Source: Candidatus Multivoradales bacterium (GTDB lineage Bacteria; Acidobacteriota; Thermoanaerobaculia; Multivoradales; JAHEKO01). From it: a DNA stretch of 64,000 nt. The DNA is taken from NCBI GenBank assembly GCA_965212505.1, contig OZ243123.1, positions 4,624,313-4,688,312 of the forward strand. The letters run 5' to 3'. The notes under the pieces were generated by a model. It ran no database searches, had not been told where the DNA came from, and saw only the letters and a list, made by a program, of their open reading frames with translations. This document shows, piece by piece, positions 19,337 through 28,831 of the stretch. Numbering within the stretch: position 1 is the stretch's first letter; each line of letters begins with the position of its first letter. The position numbers and the translations under genes are program-made.

Positions 19337-19626
19337 ATCTTCGGAAGCTGATGAAGCAAGCGCAGGAGATGCAGGACAAGATGCAGCGCGAGCTCGGAGA
19401 CCTGGTGGTCGAGTCGAGCGTCGGTGGCGGCATGATCACGATGAAGATGAATGGCCACAAGGAACTCTTGAGCGTGGCCATCGACCCCGAGGTCGTCGAC
19501 CCCGAAGACGTCACCGTGCTTCAGGATCTGATCGTCGCAGGCGTCAACGATGCGAGTCGTCGCATCGATGAGACCATGCGCGAAAAGATGGGCAACATGA
19601 CCTCCGCGCTCCCGGGACTCTTCTAG
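19333..19626 (+). CDS. ybaB: Nucleoid-associated protein YbaB/EbfC
   Basis: MNLRKLMKQAQEMQDKMQ...GGMITMKMNGHKELLSVAIDPEVV signature. ATGA overlap with the dnaX stop. Confidence 0.9.
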   Translation: MNLRKLMKQAQEMQDKMQRELGDLVVESSVGGGMITMKMNGHKELLSVAIDPEVVDPEDVTVLQDLIVAGVNDASRRIDETMREKMGNMTSALPGLF

Positions 19627-19632
19627 ACCTTC

Positions 19633-20223
19633 GTGTCGACCCAAGACCCGCTGGCGCGGCTTGTCGGCGAACTGTCGCGCCTCCCCGGCATCGGACCCAA
19701 AACGGCGACCCGTCTCGCCCACCACCTGCTCAAGATCTCGGTGGACGATGCTCGGGAACTCGCGGAGTCGATTGTCGAGGTCAAGGAGAAGCTCTTCCAC
19801 TGCTCGCAGTGCAATTCGATCACTGCGATCGATCCTTGCTCCATCTGCTCCGATCCCGAGCGTGAGCGCACGACGCTCTGTGTCGTCGAGGAGCCGTTCA
19901 ACATCCAGCCGATCGAGCGCACCGGCGAGTACCGCGGCCTCTACCACGTGCTGATGGGAGCGCTCTCGCCGCAGCGGGGCATCGGCCCGGATCAACTGCG
20001 CGTCGCTGGGCTTCTCGCTCGACTCGAGGGTGTGGAGGAGGTGCTCCTCGCCACCAACCCCGACGTCGAAGGCGAAGCGACCGCGCTCTACCTGGCGCGC
20101 CTGATCAAACCGCAGGGCCTACGGGTGACTCGCCTCGCGTTCGGCATACCGGTTGGTGGCGACATCGAGTACACCGACGAGGTGACTCTCGCGCGGTCGC
20201 TGGTCGGTCGGCGCGAGGTCTAG
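19633..20223 (+). CDS. recR: Recombination protein RecR
   Basis: HhH (LPGIGPKTATRLAHHL), C4 zinc finger (CSQCNSITAIDPCSIC), and a Toprim domain. Confidence 0.9.
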   Translation: MSTQDPLARLVGELSRLPGIGPKTATRLAHHLLKISVDDARELAESIVEVKEKLFHCSQCNSITAIDPCSICSDPERERTTLCVVEEPFNIQPIERTGEYRGLYHVLMGALSPQRGIGPDQLRVAGLLARLEGVEEVLLATNPDVEGEATALYLARLIKPQGLRVTRLAFGIPVGGDIEYTDEVTLARSLVGRREV

Positions 20224-20283
20224 GTCTCGACATCTCTCGGCACCCGGCGAGCGATCGGAACGGACCACTAGAATGGTCTCGAC

Positions 20284-20856
20284 GTGAGCACAAAGCCGCG
20301 ACAACTGAAGATCGCCTTCATCGGCACTCACGGTGTCGGCAAGACGACGCTCTGTTATGGATTGGCCGCCCGGCTCAAGGCGCGCGACCAGTCGGTGGAG
20401 GTCGTTCGTGAGGTCGCTCGCCGCTGCCCGTTGCCGATCAACCAGGAGACCGGGGTCGCCGCTCAATCGTGGATCCTGCACACGCAGATCGCCGAGGAGT
20501 TGACCGCCGAGTCGAACTACCCGGTGGTCATCTGCGATCGCAGCGTTCTCGACAACTACGTCTACATGCTGCTCGCGGCCGGACCGCAACCGGCTCTCGA
20601 GCCGCTGCTCGACACCTGGCTCCGGTCGTACGGACTCCTGGTCCACATTCCGGTCGTCGAGACCCCCTCCGCCGACGGGGTTCGCGCCACCGACCCGGCG
20701 TTCCAGCGCGCAGTGGAGGAGAGGCTCGAGAGGGAGCTCTCCGAACGCGGCCTCGCCACCCTCAGGCTCGACTCGGCGGGGCGCGACGGCTGGATCGATG
20801 CGGTCGAGCAGGAGACATTCCGCCTGCTCAACCCGCCGCAGCTACAGCTCCTCTGA
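20284..20856 (+). CDS. P-loop NTPase (AAA_28/NadR-like ATPase family) hypothetical
   Basis: Walker A GTHGVGKTT and Walker B VVICDRS. Confidence 0.6.
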   Translation: MSTKPRQLKIAFIGTHGVGKTTLCYGLAARLKARDQSVEVVREVARRCPLPINQETGVAAQSWILHTQIAEELTAESNYPVVICDRSVLDNYVYMLLAAGPQPALEPLLDTWLRSYGLLVHIPVVETPSADGVRATDPAFQRAVEERLERELSERGLATLRLDSAGRDGWIDAVEQETFRLLNPPQLQLL

Positions 20857-20859
20857 CCT

Positions 20860-21517
20860 CATGGGCACCCTCGAGCTGATCACTCTCGTCGTGACGGTCC
20901 TGGTCGCTGTGGCGGGCTTGATCGTGTTGACGGCCGTCCTCCGGCATGCGCCGCGGAGCGAGGCGGGCCAACTCGTCGGCCAAGGCGAGTTCGCCGACGC
21001 CCTCGAGTCGGCAGACGTCGGCGCTGAGGCCGAGCGTGACGAACTGCTCGCCGCCGCCATCGCAGCCAAACATCTCGGCGACTTCGAGCGCTCGCGAGCC
21101 CTCACCGAGCGAGTGTTGACCCTTGACCACGACGACGGGGAAGCGTGGTTGGAGCTAGGGCTGTCTGCGGCATATTCCGGTGATGCCGAGCGAGCGCTCG
21201 AGGCGCTGTACGAGGCCGGCCGACGACGCGCCGACCTTCTGGAGTCGATCTCTCTCCACCGAGCCTGGGTCGAGCTTCAGGCGCAAGACGCGGTCGCGGC
21301 TCGTCGACGCTTCGAGGAGATCTCCGCGCCGATCGAATCGAAGCTTCGCAGCGATCTCGGCCCGGGCGATCCACTCTTCGCAGAGTGGTTTTTTCAGGCA
21401 GCCGACCTGTGGGAAGAAAGCGGCGCACTCGAGAAAAGTGCCTGGGCGCGACGAGAGGCCCGTCGCTCCGCACCGAATAGCCCGTTGGTCGAGAGGCTCA
21501 CCCGAGAAACCGGCTAG
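20860..21517 (+). CDS. Membrane-anchored TPR-like repeat protein, hypothetical
   Basis: N-terminal TM (LITLVVTVLVAVAGLIVLTAVL) followed by helical TPR-like repeats. Start moved to MGTLELI after the upstream gene's stop. Confidence 0.5.
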
Positions 21518-21614
21518 AAGCTCCACATTTGTGGAGGCCTTCGCTCGGAATTCTGGGGCTTCTCGCGGGGACTTCTTAACAGACACCCCGGCGGGCCGTA
21601 GCCACAATTCCACC

Positions 21615-22658
21615 GTGCCAATACCGGAGAAGATCAAGGCCCTCGAACTGTTCGCCCACTTCAGCGATCAGCAGATCGACCAGCTGTGCAGCAGCCTGAC
21701 CGAGATGTCGTGCCCCGCCGGCTCGACCCTCGTCTCTCGGGACGACGAGTCGTTCGAGGTCTACCTCCTGGCGGAGGGCTCCCTACGAGTCTGGGCGACG
21801 ACGCCCATCGGCGACTTCGAGTTCACCCGTCTGGCCAAGGGCGACCTCTTCGGAGAGGGGAACTACATCGACCGCCAAGGACGTATGGGTGAAGTCCAGG
21901 CGCTCACCGACGCCGAGCTTCTGGTCTTCGGTCAGTCGGACCTGGCCGCTCTGGCGGATCTCGACGCCGGCTTCGAGCGTGCGCTCTACTGGTGCTTCTG
22001 GAAGAGTCTCTCCGCAAAGCTGCGCGCCGCGAACCTCCACCTGACGCAGTTCTTCTCGCCGGGCGTCACCGCGGGGTCGAGGACCTCGACGCCGCAGTCG
22101 GCCAACCCGAGCCGAGCCTCCCGCGTCGACATGGCGGCACGTCGCGATCTCTTCCGTGAGCAGCGGCTGCCGAGCATGGAGATCAACTTTCTCTCGTCGC
22201 TCTCTACCGAAGAGTCGTACGAGCCTGGGGAGACCATCTTCCGAGAGGGAGACGACGGCGACAAGATGTACGTGATCGCCGACGGGCAGGTGATGATCAG
22301 CAAGTCCATCCACGGCGCCGGTGAGGAGGCGCTCTCATTCCTCAAGCGCGGCGACTACTTCGGCGAGATGTCGCTCATCGACAAGCGCAGCCGTTCGGCG
22401 GATGCGAAGGCACATCCCGAAGAGGGAGCCACGGTGCTCGGGTTGCGGCACGAAGTGGTGGAACAGATTCTCGACATCGACCGACTCTCGTCGATTCGCC
22501 TACTGAAGATTCTCTGCCGGCTCGCCACCGAGCGGCTGCGCAAGATCAACGAGAAGCTCCTCGGCTGGCACCTGGTCAGCGGCGGCGCCATGGCCGCGTC
22601 TCCAGAACCCAGCGCCGATCGCCTGGTGGTGAGCCCGGACCTGAGCGAAGCCGTCTAA
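21615..22658 (+). CDS. Protein with two tandem cyclic-nucleotide-binding (CAP-effector) domains
   Basis: Two cNMP-binding signatures (GDLFGE...G and GDYFGEMSLID...RSA). The 5' part of ORF 21180 overlaps the preceding gene in another frame, so the start was taken as GTG near 21615 (uncertain). Confidence 0.6.
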   Translation: MPIPEKIKALELFAHFSDQQIDQLCSSLTEMSCPAGSTLVSRDDESFEVYLLAEGSLRVWATTPIGDFEFTRLAKGDLFGEGNYIDRQGRMGEVQALTDAELLVFGQSDLAALADLDAGFERALYWCFWKSLSAKLRAANLHLTQFFSPGVTAGSRTSTPQSANPSRASRVDMAARRDLFREQRLPSMEINFLSSLSTEESYEPGETIFREGDDGDKMYVIADGQVMISKSIHGAGEEALSFLKRGDYFGEMSLIDKRSRSADAKAHPEEGATVLGLRHEVVEQILDIDRLSSIRLLKILCRLATERLRKINEKLLGWHLVSGGAMAASPEPSADRLVVSPDLSEAV

Positions 22659-22756
22659 CTCGTCGTTCCACTGCGGATTCGGTTCGCGGCGTCGCGAACT
22701 CGGACCGGAGTTCGGGGCAAAGCGGAGGAGAGGAGCGGCGAGGCCCGCCGGTCGGT

Positions 22757-23797
22757 TCACGCGCGATCTGCCATCCGCAGGATCTTCTGAAGCAGCGACG
22801 AACTCGCGAGCTCATCGATCTCTGCCGGCGCGAACCAACCCGACTCCTCACCTTCGGCCAAACTCGAGCCGGCGTCGACCTCGCCGAAGAAGACCTCGAT
22901 CTCGAGTGCTCGGTGGGTGATCGTGTGCCGCACGCGACCGACCCTCTCACTCAGACTCCAGCTCCCTCCATAGGCGCGGCTGAGACTCGCCTCGGGGGTG
23001 GCACCGTCCCCTTCCGGCACCCAGGGCACCTCCCAAATGCCCGCCAGGAGCTCGCAGTCATCCGGCCGCCGGAAGAGTAGGGTGCGCGCACGGTCGCGAA
23101 CGACGACGCTCACGTGGCGCTCGCGGCGTGGCTTCTTGCGTTCGGCGAGAACGGGGTATCGCTCAGAATCTCCGGCCCGAAGAGCGACACAATCTTCGTC
23201 AAGCGGACAGAGCCCACACTCGGGCGAGCGCGGCTTGCAGACGGTCGCTCCGAGCTCCATGAGTGCCTGGTTGCTATCGCCGGGCCGAGCCGAATCGAGC
23301 AAGCGCCTCGCCGACTCGACCACTCGACGCCGACCGGCACTCCGTTTCGGATCTGCCTCGAGTGCCAGGTAGCGGCTCATGACTCGCTCGACGTTCCCGT
23401 CGACGACCGGCTCCACGATGCCGAACGCGATACTGCCAATCGCCGCTGCCGTGTAGGGCCCGATGCCGGGAAGCTCTCGGAGGGTCTCGATCGTGCTCGG
23501 GAACCCCGTCCCCGATGCGACGATTTGACGCGCTGCGGCATGCATTTGTCGCGCTCGTCGGTAGTAGCCCAGACCGGACCAAGCTGCGAGCACCTGATCG
23601 ACCTCGACGGCTGCCAAAGAGGCGAGGTCGGGAAAGCGCTCCAGAAAGCGCTCGAAATACGGCAGAACCGTCTCCACACGCGTCTGCTGGAGCATGATCT
23701 CGGAGATCCAGACGCGATAAGGGTCCTGGTCTCTTCGCCAGGGGAGCTCTCGCCGTGCGCTGTCGTACCAGCGGAGAAGATCCTCTGCGGCCCCCAT
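22757..23797 (-). CDS. mutY: A/G-specific adenine DNA glycosylase MutY (with C-terminal NUDIX-like domain)
   Basis: HhH-GPD (RELPGIGPYTAAAIGSIAFG), a 4Fe-4S cluster loop (CKPRSPECGLCPLDEDC), and a WISEIMLQQTRV N-terminus. Confidence 0.85.
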   Translation of the reverse strand: MGAAEDLLRWYDSARRELPWRRDQDPYRVWISEIMLQQTRVETVLPYFERFLERFPDLASLAAVEVDQVLAAWSGLGYYRRARQMHAAARQIVASGTGFPSTIETLRELPGIGPYTAAAIGSIAFGIVEPVVDGNVERVMSRYLALEADPKRSAGRRRVVESARRLLDSARPGDSNQALMELGATVCKPRSPECGLCPLDEDCVALRAGDSERYPVLAERKKPRRERHVSVVVRDRARTLLFRRPDDCELLAGIWEVPWVPEGDGATPEASLSRAYGGSWSLSERVGRVRHTITHRALEIEVFFGEVDAGSSLAEGEESGWFAPAEIDELASSSLLQKILRMADRA

Positions 23798-24295
23798 GGG
23801 AGCTCGACTGTAGCCCAGCGGCCGCCATTTTGGCGGCAGAGGCCAAAACAAGGAGAAATCGCTGGCCTTGACGCCATAGCTGACGCCACGCCGGGAGGCG
23901 CGACATCGAGCTGGCTACTTGTTTAGGAAGTGAAAGGTGGTTGAGGGGGGAGGTTCTCGGGAGGTGGGAGTTTGAGGTTCTACCCCTGTGCAAGTAGGGG
24001 ATTTAGGCGAGATCTTCTTAGGAGTGTGAAGCCTAGCGACCTCTTTCAAAGGTGAGAATAAAACTGGAAAGGGAACCTCCCCGCTAACCAGGTTCTAAAC
24101 TGCCCTCAGAACAAAGCAATCCGTGTGCCAAACCTCCCAAAAGACCTCCGCCCAAACCTCCGCTCGATGTGCCGTGTGACAAATCGCCAGAGAGGCCCAG
24201 TAGGATGTTGCACCCCGCTCGGCTGTGTAGTTACAATGACCGCCGCTTCGGCGAGATTCCAATACTCTCGGCTCGCCCTGCTGAGCCGCATTTTC

Positions 24296-24327
24296 TTTTT
24301 CCACAGGTTGTGGACGCCCTGTGGAAA
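24296..24327. promoter_or_regulatory. Inverted pair of DnaA-box-like 9-mers overlapping the dnaA start (TTTTCCACA ... TGTGGAAAC; perfect 10-bp inverted repeat TTTCCACAGG/CCTGTGGAAA)
   Basis: Each 9-mer is within 1-2 mismatches of TTATCCACA. Positioned for dnaA autoregulation. Confidence 0.5.
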
Positions 24328-24347
24328 CCAGGTGCCCTTGTCTTCGA

Positions 24348-25637
24348 ATGGCTGATTCTCTCTGGAAACGCTTACAAGATCGACTGAGGCGGGACCTGGA
24401 TCCCGATGAGTTTTCGACTTGGATCAAGCCACTCAAGGTCCGTAACGAAACTCCCGACTCGATCGAGCTAGAAGCACCCAACCAGCGGTTCCTCCACATG
24501 CTGGAGGCGAGCTATCGCCCCCAAGTGGACCGAGCCATCGCGGGCGTTGCAGACACCTCTTGCGAGGTCCTCTTTTCGGTCGAGCCGTTGGCTGTAACGG
24601 GTCAGATCGAGGCGCGTTCGAGCGACCAGTTCAACCCTCGTTACATTTTTGAAACATTCGTCGTCGGCAACTCGAATCAGTTCGCCCACGCCGCCTGCCG
24701 AGCCGTCGCCGAGACCCCGGCGAAGAGCTACAACCCGCTCTTCCTCTACGGAGGGGTCGGTCTCGGGAAGACGCACCTTCTGAACGCCATCGGCTGTCAG
24801 ATCGAGCGCGCTCGCCCCGACCTCAAGATCCTCTACCTGACCGCCGAGCAGTTCGTGAACGACCTGATCAGCTCGCTGCGCTTCAACAAGATGCCGGATT
24901 TCCGGGAGCGCTACCGCAGCATCGACCTGCTGCTGGTGGACGACATCCAGTTCCTGGCCAACAAGGAGCGCACGCAGGAGGAGTTCTTCCACACCTTCAA
25001 TACGCTCTATACGAGCCAGAAGCAGATCATCCTGTCGTCCGACTCCTCGCCCCGGAACATTCCGGCACTCGAAGAGAGGCTGCGGAGTCGGTTCGAGTGG
25101 GGCCTGATCGCCGACATTCAGCCGCCCGACCTCGAGACCAAGGTCGCCATCCTGCGACGGAAGGCCGGCAATGAACAGATCGAGCTGCCCGACGACGTGG
25201 CGCTCTTTATCGCCCGCCAGGTGCGCTCCAACATCCGCGAGCTAGAAGGCCTTCTGAATCGAGTGCTCGCCTTCTCCTCTCTGACCGCTAAGCCGCTGTC
25301 GCTCGAGCTGGCCAAGGAGACGCTCAAAGACATCCTGCCGCCGGAAGACCAGCGAACCACGGCCGGCGAGATCATCAAGTTCGTCGCGCGCCACTACGGC
25401 CTGCGGGTCACCGAGATCAAGAGCCGGAAGAACTCCCACCAGATTGTCTTCCCCCGTCAGGTCGCGATGTACCTCTGCAAGAAGCTGACGGACCTCTCCT
25501 TCCCCGAGATCGGCAAGCAGTTCAACGACAAGCATCACTCGACGGTGATGTACTCGGTGGAGAAGATCGAAGGTCAACGAGCGACCAACGAAGACCTCGA
25601 CCGGACCATCCAGAAGATGGTCGAGCACTTCAGCTAA
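24348..25637 (+). CDS. dnaA: Chromosomal replication initiator DnaA
   Basis: AAA+ motifs (GGVGLGKTHLLNAIG, LLLVDDIQFL), a C-terminal DNA-binding domain (VFPRQVAMYLCKKLT..HHSTVMY), and an N-terminal LWxxLxxxL. The internal ATG MADSLWKRL is preferred over the GTG at 24321. Confidence 0.95.
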   Translation: MADSLWKRLQDRLRRDLDPDEFSTWIKPLKVRNETPDSIELEAPNQRFLHMLEASYRPQVDRAIAGVADTSCEVLFSVEPLAVTGQIEARSSDQFNPRYIFETFVVGNSNQFAHAACRAVAETPAKSYNPLFLYGGVGLGKTHLLNAIGCQIERARPDLKILYLTAEQFVNDLISSLRFNKMPDFRERYRSIDLLLVDDIQFLANKERTQEEFFHTFNTLYTSQKQIILSSDSSPRNIPALEERLRSRFEWGLIADIQPPDLETKVAILRRKAGNEQIELPDDVALFIARQVRSNIRELEGLLNRVLAFSSLTAKPLSLELAKETLKDILPPEDQRTTAGEIIKFVARHYGLRVTEIKSRKNSHQIVFPRQVAMYLCKKLTDLSFPEIGKQFNDKHHSTVMYSVEKIEGQRATNEDLDRTIQKMVEHFS

Positions 25638-25657
25638 CGCGTCGCGACTGGGCGAAC

Positions 25658-28327
25658 CTACTGAAGGTCGGGGAAGGCCTCGGCCCAGTTCTGGACCACG
25701 ATCACATCCGAGCGCCGAGCGCTCAGCTCCTTGACGGCAAGGAACGTCTCCCCGTCGGGGGCGACCTCCCACCCCCGCCCGAGCACGAAGTCGGCACCGT
25801 CCATGTCGAAGAGGACACGGGGCGCGCCCAGGCGGACTTCCGGTAGAGCCGAGACATCCGCAGCCATCATCGCGTTCTGCGTGGTGGGCCGGATCTCGCC
25901 GTAGTACTCCGTCTGCATCAGTCGCTGCCACCAGTAGAGAGCGTGACCATCGGGCGACCACCTGGGATCGCCACCGCCCTTCTGAGAGACCTGCCATCGC
26001 CCCTCGAGGCTGGGGAATCGCGTCAGGTAGACCTCGCTCCTTCCGGACTCGTTCGACTGGTAGGCGAGCAGGGTGCCGTCGGGGGAGAGCTCTGGGTTGA
26101 CGTAGCGCTTCGGTCCCACGAAGACCGGCACCGGGCTGCGGTCGCCGGCCAGGTCCATCTTCAGGATGTCCTGCTGAAGACGCACATCCCAGGTTGCGTA
26201 GACCATCGTCCCACCGTCGGGGCTAAAGGTGAACCGCCCGCCACCCTGACCGAGATCTTCCGGCTCCCGCGAGCCCTCGACGCCCATCAGCATGATGCGG
26301 TTCTTCTCGGGGTCCCAGTCCATCTGCTGGCGGCGCCAGAAGACGACCTGCCGACCGTCCGGTGTCCAAGCCGGTCCAGCGCTGTCGTGCTCTCCCTGAG
26401 TCAGGCGCCGCTCGGTCTGGCGGACTCGATCGTAGACGTAGATGTTGGAGATCCAGGTCTCCAGGGTCGCTTTGGCGTACACGATGCGACCGCCGTCCGG
26501 CGAGACCCGAGGCGTGTACAGATCTTCGGTCGGTGGCCCCTCGACCGCCACGATCTTTCCCTCGAGATCGACCCAAACTAGCTGCGTCGACACCCCTTCC
26601 GCGCGTGTGAGGTACGCCAGCTTGCCGTCGCTCGAGAGAGCAGGTAGAACACCTCCCGCAGCGATCAAGCGCGGCTCGCCCGTGACCTCCAGGCTCTCGG
26701 TGGAGAACGACATCGCGTAGATCCCCGGGTTGCTGCCCCATCGGCTGAAGAGCAGCTGTCCAGCGGGCGAATAGGCGAGACCCCAGAGATTGGTGTCTCG
26801 GTCGAAGACGTGGATCTCTTCGCGCTGTCCGTTCCGGATCGCCTCGAGCTTGCCGACCGCTCGCGTCTCGTGGGGGTTGACCAAGAGCGTCTCTCCATCC
26901 GGCAAGAGGATGAGATCGTGAAGATCGACGAGATTCTCGTCCGGCTCCAAGATCTGCTTGAGATCCCCGCCACCGACCGAGAGCTCATAGAGCCCTCCTC
27001 GCCATTTCGAGAGGAAGATCTTTCCGGACGGCGACCACGCTCCGCTCAGAACGCGGAACCCCTCAGGCAGCGAGGCGACGACCCGTTCTCGGAGCGTCTC
27101 GGCGTCGAGCCTCCACAACTTCTCGTCCTTCTGGTAGGCCAGCTCCTTCCCGTTCGGCGACCAGAACGGCGAGGAGATGCCGATCAGATCCGGATGTGTT
27201 CGCGGCTCGATCTGATCCAGATCGCGAATGCTGAGCTTCGTTCGTTCAAGCAGAAAGACGCGCGCACCGTCGGGCGAGAGGATCGGGCCGAACTCCATGC
27301 CGGCCTCGTGCTCGCCCACTTTGAATCGGTGAACCGGTAGCTCGACTCCGACCTCCGGTCGATTGAGAAGGCCGAACCCGAGCGCCAGCGCCGCGATCGC
27401 CCATGGAAGGAGGCGTAGCCAGATGGGCGTGCTGCGACTCGAGGTGGGATCCGGCTCGGGCGACTCGGTCGATTCGTCTTGCCAGCGAGCGATCGCGATC
27501 CTCGCCTCCCCGATCGCTTGGAGTCGATCTCGAGCCCCCTTTTCGAAGCAGCGCTCGAGAAGTTCTCTGATCCGCGAAGGGGTCTCTTTCGGAAGCGAAC
27601 TCCAATCCGCTTCGCGCGCGAGGATGCCGGCGAGGGTGTCCGACACCGTGCCGGCGCTCCAGACCGGGCGCCCGGTGAGCATCTCCATGAGGATGACTCC
27701 GAAGGCCCAGATGTCCGACCGTCGGTCGGCGGGTTCACCTCGCGCCTGTTCGGGCGACATGTACGCCGCGGTTCCCATCAGGAGGCCCGCAGTGGTCATG
27801 TTCGCTGTCAAGGTCGGCGAGTTGGTCATCGACGGCGCGACCTCGTCAGGCGTCTCGTCGAGCGCCTTGGCCAGACCGAAGTCGAGGATCTTCAATGTGC
27901 CGTCGGGTGCCAGCTTGACGTTGGCCGGCTTCAAGTCGCGATGAACGATGCCGCGTTCGTGCGCACTCTCCAGCCCTTCGGCGATCTGGGCGGCGATCTC
28001 GAGAGCGTCGGCGAGTGGCACCGGTCCGCGGTCCAAGCGCTCGGCGAGCGTCTCGCCCTCGACCAGTTCCATGACGAGGAAGTGCGCACCCTCGTGCGAG
28101 TCGACGTCGTGGATCGAAGCGACGTTCGGATGGTTGAGAGCGGCCAAGAGTCGAGCCTCCCGCTCGAATCGCGCCAACCGTTCCGCGTCGTCGGTGAATC
28201 CGTCCGGCAGAACCTTCACCGCCACCTCTCGGCCGAGCCGCGAGTCGGTGGCTCGATAGACCACGCCCATGCCGCCCTCGCCGAGCTTGGCCGTCAGTTG
28301 GAAGTGGGAGAGCGTCTTACCGATCAT
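25658..28327 (-). CDS. Ser/Thr protein kinase fused to TolB-like (PD40/WD40) beta-propeller repeats
   Basis: Hanks kinase motifs (GEGGMGVVY, VAVK, HRDLKPANV, DFGLA, APE), a TM segment, then repeated SPDG/WSPDG beta-propeller blades. Start taken as MIGKTLSHF. Confidence 0.85.
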   Translation of the reverse strand: MIGKTLSHFQLTAKLGEGGMGVVYRATDSRLGREVAVKVLPDGFTDDAERLARFEREARLLAALNHPNVASIHDVDSHEGAHFLVMELVEGETLAERLDRGPVPLADALEIAAQIAEGLESAHERGIVHRDLKPANVKLAPDGTLKILDFGLAKALDETPDEVAPSMTNSPTLTANMTTAGLLMGTAAYMSPEQARGEPADRRSDIWAFGVILMEMLTGRPVWSAGTVSDTLAGILAREADWSSLPKETPSRIRELLERCFEKGARDRLQAIGEARIAIARWQDESTESPEPDPTSSRSTPIWLRLLPWAIAALALGFGLLNRPEVGVELPVHRFKVGEHEAGMEFGPILSPDGARVFLLERTKLSIRDLDQIEPRTHPDLIGISSPFWSPNGKELAYQKDEKLWRLDAETLRERVVASLPEGFRVLSGAWSPSGKIFLSKWRGGLYELSVGGGDLKQILEPDENLVDLHDLILLPDGETLLVNPHETRAVGKLEAIRNGQREEIHVFDRDTNLWGLAYSPAGQLLFSRWGSNPGIYAMSFSTESLEVTGEPRLIAAGGVLPALSSDGKLAYLTRAEGVSTQLVWVDLEGKIVAVEGPPTEDLYTPRVSPDGGRIVYAKATLETWISNIYVYDRVRQTERRLTQGEHDSAGPAWTPDGRQVVFWRRQQMDWDPEKNRIMLMGVEGSREPEDLGQGGGRFTFSPDGGTMVYATWDVRLQQDILKMDLAGDRSPVPVFVGPKRYVNPELSPDGTLLAYQSNESGRSEVYLTRFPSLEGRWQVSQKGGGDPRWSPDGHALYWWQRLMQTEYYGEIRPTTQNAMMAADVSALPEVRLGAPRVLFDMDGADFVLGRGWEVAPDGETFLAVKELSARRSDVIVVQNWAEAFPDLQ

Positions 28328-28559
28328 CCGCGGTGCCTTCGGACCCCTGGGAGGCCCTCGCCGCCAACCGCTGTCCATTCGACAGCGCGTACTCCCTTCC
28401 TGCCAGGTGTAATGGATAGTAGCGAATCTGCTCGCGGACGGGGTTCTCTGGAAGCGCTGGCGAGCCTGCTAACCGCCTTCGACGAGCTGCTATACGCCAT
28501 CTCAGGGAGCCCCGAACACACCCAAGTCGTCGCAGACCCAGGCTGGCCACCGAGGGTGT

Positions 28560-28830
28560 CGAGGGGCGAAAAAGAGACCCGGCCCACGGGGAGCGCCTGT
28601 GCGAGAGGCTGTGGATCTCCGCGTCATTCCTCTGTGAAGAACTTGTGGATTCTGACGACCCTTCGGTCTTCCTCCATCGCTCCACAACTCATCCACAGGC
28701 CTTTTCCTCGATCTGCGGTGGGCAAGAGTGCTTTCGTGGTCCGACTTCGAGTGAAATCCTTCGTTTCGACAGCCCCTACTACGACTACTTCTATACTAAG
28801 ATTCTGTTTCTTCTAGTCGGAGTAGATCTC
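28560..28830. promoter_or_regulatory. Candidate oriC: DnaA-box cluster plus AT-richer unwinding-element-like segment immediately upstream of dnaN
   Basis: TGTGGATCT (28609-28617), TGTGGATTC (28643-28651), and TCATCCACA (28688-28696) are each within 2 mismatches of TTATCCACA. They are followed by locally AT-rich CTTCTATACTAAGATTCTGTTTCTTCTAG before the dnaN Shine-Dalgarno. Confidence 0.5.
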
Positions 28831-28831
28831 T

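Noticed and set aside
20284-22658. Possible cyclic-nucleotide-based anti-phage system (Pycsar/CBASS-like)
   Set aside because: No nucleotide cyclase and no effector (TIR/TM/nuclease) domain detectable. The ATPase is NadR/AAA_28-like rather than a signalling cyclase.
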